NCBI GenBank assembly: GCA_964632435.1
Contig: CAZWEJ010000001.1
Span: forward strand, 1,052-65,051
Reading direction: 5' to 3'
From: an uncultured Candidatus Saccharimonadales bacterium
Lineage (GTDB): Bacteria > Patescibacteriota > Saccharimonadia > UBA4664 > SCTI01
DNA length: 64,000 nt
This document shows, in pieces, positions 59,857-64,000 of the stretch. Under the pieces are notes generated by a model, which was given only the letters and a program-made list of their open reading frames with translations, ran no database searches and was not told where the DNA came from. The position numbers and the translations under genes were made by a program. The stretch's first letter is position 1; each line of letters starts with the position of its first letter.

Positions 59857-60846
59857 GTGAGCACTAGAAGATTACCGTGGAAAATTATACTCGCGGCACT
59901 TATTACTGTTGCGTTTGGGACAATCGCATTTGTTGAGTTTGAGCGTCTATCCTACCCAGACGCCTTCTACCATACGCTTCTGGTTATGCTTAGGCATTTC
60001 GGGTATGTTGAAGTCCATGATCCGATTGCAAGGTTCGTAAACGTTGCGCTCATACTCATCAGCTTTGTTCTCATAGGTTATTTGATTAAGTGGTTTGCAG
60101 AATATATCATTGGTGTAAGTGATTCGGTGCGAAAAAAAAGATTGGAAGCAAAAGTTAGCAAAATGAAACATCATTATATTGTCTGCGGTCTCGGTCGAGT
60201 CGGTAGTCAGGTCGCTCGTGAAATGAAGATGGAAGACGTCGAGTTTGTGGGTGTAGATCGGGACGATAATAAGGTTCAAGAAGCTATTGCCGCTGGTTAT
60301 ACTGCATTCCAGGGTGATAGCTCGGCCGAAGAGGTTCTCAAGTCGGCTGGTATTGATCATGCTGCAGGTTTGGTTGCAAGTCTTGGAGACGATTCAGCTA
60401 ATCTGCTGGTAGTTCTAGCAGCTCGCGCCATCAACCCCGATTTATACATAGTGGCGAGAGCTAATCGTGCAGAAAATGAAGTCAAGCTCAAGCGCGCGGG
60501 TGCAGATAGAGTGGCGCTACCTTACCAGATAGGTGGTTATCATATGGCTTCAATGGCCCTCAGGCCAAGTGTGGTTGATTATATGGATGTCGTTAGCAGC
60601 TCAGGCCAAGCTACAGACCTACAGGTTGAGGAGATGGTCGTGCACGAACACTCCAAGCTTGCTGGTCATAGATTGGGTAAAGCTCTCACCGAGGGAGCCG
60701 TGGGGGCAACAGTCATAGCGATCAATGGCTCTGATGGCAGTAGCCGAGTAAGACCTACGGGAAATGAAGTTATCTACCCCGGGGACAGGTTAATAGTCCT
60801 CGGTCGTAAAAATGACCTAACACGGGCATCCGAACTGGTTCAATGA
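59857..60846 (+). CDS. Potassium channel protein with a TrkA-N (RCK) domain (Kch-like)
   Basis: GTG start; N-terminal TM segments, a pore region, and a Rossmann motif YIVCGLGRVGSQVA followed by a TrkA-C-like domain. Confidence 0.75.
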   Translation: MSTRRLPWKIILAALITVAFGTIAFVEFERLSYPDAFYHTLLVMLRHFGYVEVHDPIARFVNVALILISFVLIGYLIKWFAEYIIGVSDSVRKKRLEAKVSKMKHHYIVCGLGRVGSQVAREMKMEDVEFVGVDRDDNKVQEAIAAGYTAFQGDSSAEEVLKSAGIDHAAGLVASLGDDSANLLVVLAARAINPDLYIVARANRAENEVKLKRAGADRVALPYQIGGYHMASMALRPSVVDYMDVVSSSGQATDLQVEEMVVHEHSKLAGHRLGKALTEGAVGATVIAINGSDGSSRVRPTGNEVIYPGDRLIVLGRKNDLTRASELVQ

Positions 60847-61730
60847 GTCGAAAAGTAATAATTCCAGATTCAGCCGCCGGTGAGCGGCTCGATGTTGTTT
60901 TGGCTAAAATTACCGGCCAAAGTCGAAGCTCGTTGCAGAAGCTATTCAAAGAGGGGAAAATTACCATTGATGGACAAACTGCTTCGGCTAAACAGACAGC
61001 AGTGGAAAGTCAGCAAGTTGAAATTAGCAATTTAGAAGTTGATGAGATGCCACCAGCGCCGAGTTTAGAAGTTTTATACGAAGATGACGATTTGATGGTG
61101 GTTGAAAAGCCTTCAGGGCTTGCTGTGCACTTGAGTGAATCAGGGAGACCTCAACCAACCGTAGCTGCTTTTGCAAAGGAATATGGGGTGGTAGATGAAG
61201 ATGATGACCGCCCTGGAATAGTCCATAGGCTAGATAAAGACACTAGTGGCTTGCTTGTGATCGCTAAGAACCCTGCATCGAAGGACTTTTTACAGCAGCA
61301 ATTTAAGGATCGTAACGTAGATAAGACCTATATTGCATTGGTTAGGGGACACATGCCAGAGGATGAAGCTACAATCAATTTGCCTATTGAGCGCGATCGC
61401 AAACGTCCTACAAGACGCGCAGTTATCCCTGGAGGAAGGGGCTCAGTCACACACTATAAGGTAATTGAGCAGCTCGACGGGTATAGTCTGCTCGAAATAA
61501 AACTCGAAACAGGCCGCACCCATCAGATAAGGGTTCATTTTTCTCACCTGGGACATCCAGTTGCAGGGGATGATCTTTATGGAGGCCCAGCAATAAAGGG
61601 ATTGAAAGGGCAGTTCTTACATGCGGCAAAGATTTCTTTTACTTCGCCTTCGGGAGAAAGGGTTGAAGTTGAAAGTGAGCTTCCAGCTGACCTAAAAAAT
61701 ACTCTGGAAAGTCTTCGCAAGGAGGTATAA
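60843..61730 (+). CDS. RluA-family 23S rRNA pseudouridine synthase (RluD-like)
   Basis: N-terminal S4 domain and catalytic motif HRLDKDTSGLLVIAKN. Confidence 0.85.
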   Translation: MSRKVIIPDSAAGERLDVVLAKITGQSRSSLQKLFKEGKITIDGQTASAKQTAVESQQVEISNLEVDEMPPAPSLEVLYEDDDLMVVEKPSGLAVHLSESGRPQPTVAAFAKEYGVVDEDDDRPGIVHRLDKDTSGLLVIAKNPASKDFLQQQFKDRNVDKTYIALVRGHMPEDEATINLPIERDRKRPTRRAVIPGGRGSVTHYKVIEQLDGYSLLEIKLETGRTHQIRVHFSHLGHPVAGDDLYGGPAIKGLKGQFLHAAKISFTSPSGERVEVESELPADLKNTLESLRKEV

Positions 61731-61737
61731 TAGCGCT

Positions 61738-62604
61738 ATGAAGCTGTTACTACACAAAAGCACGCAGCGGCATATTGACGGAATTATAGCGAACCCAGGT
61801 GGTTCGTTTCTGTTTCATGGGCCATCAAACATGGGTAAAACCTTGGCTGCGCTTGAAGTGGCCCGGCAGTTAAACTGCGATAATTGCGCTGACGAAAGTT
61901 GTAAGTCTTGTTTAATGCTAAAGGCTGGTATGCACCCAGACATTGAGCTAATGGGTCAGGATGACAAGAACAAGATCGGTATTGAAGCGGTCCAAAATTT
62001 GATAAAGAAACTGAAGTACTCTGCTTACGATCCATCAAGTCATAGAGTAGTGATCATCGATAACGCAGAAACGCTGACGCTGCCCGCTCAGAATGCTCTG
62101 CTCAAGGTTCTTGAGGAGCCTCCTGTATCTACTACATTCATTCTGACAGCCGTTAGCCCTGTTAGTATTCTAGAAACTATTGTTTCGAGATGTCAGCCAG
62201 TGTATTTTGGACCTTTATCAACTGATGAGCTATTGAGTCTAGATGGCCTGAAAAGCCTTCCAAGAGATGATGCAGAAAAGATAATCGAAGCCGGTGCCCA
62301 CAAGCCAGGTGAGATTATTTCGAATCTTAAAAATGAAGAGACTGGTGACAGTTTGGATCTAGCTGAACATATGATCACTTCTAATGACCTTTTTTCAAAG
62401 TTGAAAATATCTGCAACGGTCGCGAAGCACCCAGAAAAGATCTGGCGATTTGTAGATGTTCTGGAGTCGCTTGCTAAAAAACGTGCTCGAAAGGGAGATA
62501 ACCCGGCAAGCATTATTGCAGTTGATCGATTAAGAAGACGACTTTCAACTAATATTAATCCCAAATCGGCTTTAGAGGCTTTCGCGGTGGAGACAGCATG
62601 CTAG
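61738..62604 (+). CDS. holB: DNA polymerase III delta' subunit
   Basis: AAA+ fold with FHGPSNMGKT, a Cys cluster (CDNCADESCKSC) and an SRC motif. Confidence 0.8.
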   Translation: MKLLLHKSTQRHIDGIIANPGGSFLFHGPSNMGKTLAALEVARQLNCDNCADESCKSCLMLKAGMHPDIELMGQDDKNKIGIEAVQNLIKKLKYSAYDPSSHRVVIIDNAETLTLPAQNALLKVLEEPPVSTTFILTAVSPVSILETIVSRCQPVYFGPLSTDELLSLDGLKSLPRDDAEKIIEAGAHKPGEIISNLKNEETGDSLDLAEHMITSNDLFSKLKISATVAKHPEKIWRFVDVLESLAKKRARKGDNPASIIAVDRLRRRLSTNINPKSALEAFAVETAC

Positions 62605-63263
62605 GTGTATTATTCCTAGCCGGAGTAAGCTTTTATCTTTATCGGTTGCTTGGTGGGGCTCCAAACCTTCATCTTAAGAGTAGTAAATCAGGAGCGGGCG
62701 CTGTAACTGGTACAGCCAAAATTGCTGAATTAACAGAATATGCGTCAAGATTAAGGGCTGCCAATAAATATACAAGTGCTGAAAAAGTATATCTTCAGAT
62801 TCTGAAAATAGACCATAAGCATGTATCTACCTATAGCCGGTTAGGAACTCTATATTCGGCCATGAAAAATTATGGTGATGCCATTGAATGTTTCCAGATG
62901 ACAACACAGCTTAAACCATCTGGTACGACATTTTATAACTTAGGTCTCGCATACTTTGAGAACAGAAATTATATTAAGGCGGTTGCCGCTTTCGAGAAAT
63001 CTATCATGTTCGAGCCCACCGTTCAGCGCTACATTGGCTTAGCAAAGGCTTATAAGAAAATTGGTGACAATACCAAAATGATTGGAGCTCTTGAGCAAGC
63101 TATAGTAATTGAGCCTTCAACAAAGGTTCTTTGGGTTTTGGCAGATGCTTATGATTCAATCGGCAAGAAACATGAGGCATCGGCAGTTAAGCAGCGAATT
63201 GCTCAACTCGACCCCAGAGATGAGAGGCTGCGAAAGCAAAAAATACCAGCAAAGGCTATTTGA
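62598..63263 (+). CDS. Tetratricopeptide-repeat protein with an N-terminal TM anchor
   Basis: Several TPR-like repeats (YNLGLAYFENRNYIKAVAAFEKSI...). Confidence 0.7.
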   Translation: MLGVLFLAGVSFYLYRLLGGAPNLHLKSSKSGAGAVTGTAKIAELTEYASRLRAANKYTSAEKVYLQILKIDHKHVSTYSRLGTLYSAMKNYGDAIECFQMTTQLKPSGTTFYNLGLAYFENRNYIKAVAAFEKSIMFEPTVQRYIGLAKAYKKIGDNTKMIGALEQAIVIEPSTKVLWVLADAYDSIGKKHEASAVKQRIAQLDPRDERLRKQKIPAKAI

Positions 63264-63318
63264 TATAACGGGTTAAAAGTGCTATGCTACTTGGGTTGAA
63301 ATCGGCCGAGAGCAGCCT

Positions 63319-63393
63319 GCCGACGTAGCTCAATGGCAGAGCAACAGTTTTGTAAACTGTAGGTTGCGGGTTCAATTCCTGTCGTCGGCTCCA
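63319..63393 (+). tRNA. tRNA-Thr (anticodon UGU)
   Basis: Acceptor gccgacg/cgtcggc, anticodon stem acagt/actgt with loop tttgtaa, T-loop ttcaatt, CCA encoded. An alternative anticodon-stem register would read GUA; tRNAscan would settle this. Confidence 0.7.
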
Positions 63394-63402
63394 TTAAAAC
63401 CT

Positions 63403-63489
63403 GCCGGGTTACCCAAGCGGCCAACGGGGGCAGACTGTAAATCTGCTGGCGATATGCCTTCGGGAGTTCGAATCTCTCACCCGGCACCA
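63403..63489 (+). tRNA. tRNA-Tyr (anticodon GUA), class II with a long variable arm
   Basis: Acceptor gccgggt/acccggc, anticodon stem gcaga/tctgc with loop ctgtaaa, long variable arm, T-loop TTCGAAT, CCA encoded. Confidence 0.85.
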
Positions 63490-63492
63490 TTT

Positions 63493-63567
<75 letters not shown>

Positions 63568-63584
63568 TTTAGAAAGGAATAATT

Positions 63585-63788
63585 ATGGCAACATCTAAAA
63601 AACTCACTTTAGGAACAGATAAGAAGCTATCCGGTGTATGTGCTGGTTTAGCCGAGTATTTTGATTTTGATGTGACAATCGTTCGTCTCGCAATGCTGTT
63701 TTTCATTTTAGTTACAGGTATTTTCCCGGGACTAGTCTTCTACATCATTGCAGCGATCGTTATGCCAGAGAAGAAGGAAAGTAAGTAA
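63585..63788 (+). CDS. PspC-domain membrane protein
   Basis: [30 protein letters not shown] PspC signature followed by a TM helix. Confidence 0.8.
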   Translation: MATSKKLTLGTDKKLSGVCAGLAEYFDFDVTIVRLAMLFFILVTGIFPGLVFYIIAAIVMPEKKESK

Positions 63789-63949
63789 TGCCTAAGCGTA
63801 ACAGACCATATTTCGCTTTGGAGTGTACCGAGTGTCACAACCGAAACTACACTACAAACAAGAATCCAAAGAATACTACAGACCGTCTTGAGCTAAAGAA
63901 GTTTTGCCGACACGACGGCAAAGTTACTGTACATCGCGAAACCAAGTAA
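63788..63949 (+). CDS. rpmG: 50S ribosomal protein L33
   Basis: My own translation: [53 protein letters not shown]. The start overlaps the pspC stop (TAATG). Under 60 aa, so absent from the ORF track. Confidence 0.9.
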   Translation: MPKRNRPYFALECTECHNRNYTTNKNPKNTTDRLELKKFCRHDGKVTVHRETK

Positions 63950-64000
63950 GATTGTTTGATACAATTATGTTCAGACCCTGATTCCATTCGGATTCAGGCT

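Overview
This is a 64-kb chromosomal segment from a small-genome bacterium with about 45-48% GC. Gene content and architecture (TTG/GTG starts, low-complexity tails on core proteins, no L30 between rpsE and rplO, no adk/map after secY) suggest a CPR/Patescibacteria organism such as Saccharibacteria; this is inference. Almost all of the window is housekeeping, in order: a HEPN-like fragment, gatB, an MscS-like channel, three small stress genes, dnaE, rplS, rnhB, yraN, pepF, nusA, clpC, radA, a PIN/TRAM protein, class A PBP on the minus strand, tyrS, recG, rsmD, tRNA-Leu, tig, clpP, rpoB, rpoC, rpsL-rpsG-fusA, tuf-rpsJ, rplC through secY (S10/spc), infA-rpmJ-rpsM-rpsK-rpsD-rpoA-rplQ, rplM-rpsI, a Kch/TrkA-type channel, an RluA-family synthase, holB, a TPR protein, a tRNA Thr-Tyr-Thr cluster, pspC and rpmG. 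Against this conserved backbone I see six things worth attention. (1) A roughly 2.5-kb accessory cassette sits inside the S10 operon between rpsJ and rplC: an ArsR-family regulator, a membrane-anchored protein, a 39-aa Cys/His-rich peptide, two tandem paralogous multi-TM proteins and a small 2-TM protein. (2) Two compositionally foreign GC-rich islets (about 10.74-11.72 kb and 58.19-59.72 kb) carry small membrane or zinc-binding ORFs and a 424-aa protein with an internal repeat and highly basic tails. (3) A stand-alone primase-type CHC2 zinc-finger protein lies between fusA and tuf. (4) CIRCE-like inverted repeats precede both clpC and clpP. (5) The same palindromic TTGACA-N4-TGTCAA element occurs in inverted orientation at the rpoB and rplC promoters. 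(6) A long structured leader precedes tyrS, and the PBP has a frameshifted tandem Ig-like C-terminus. No CRISPR array, transposase or integrase was found.
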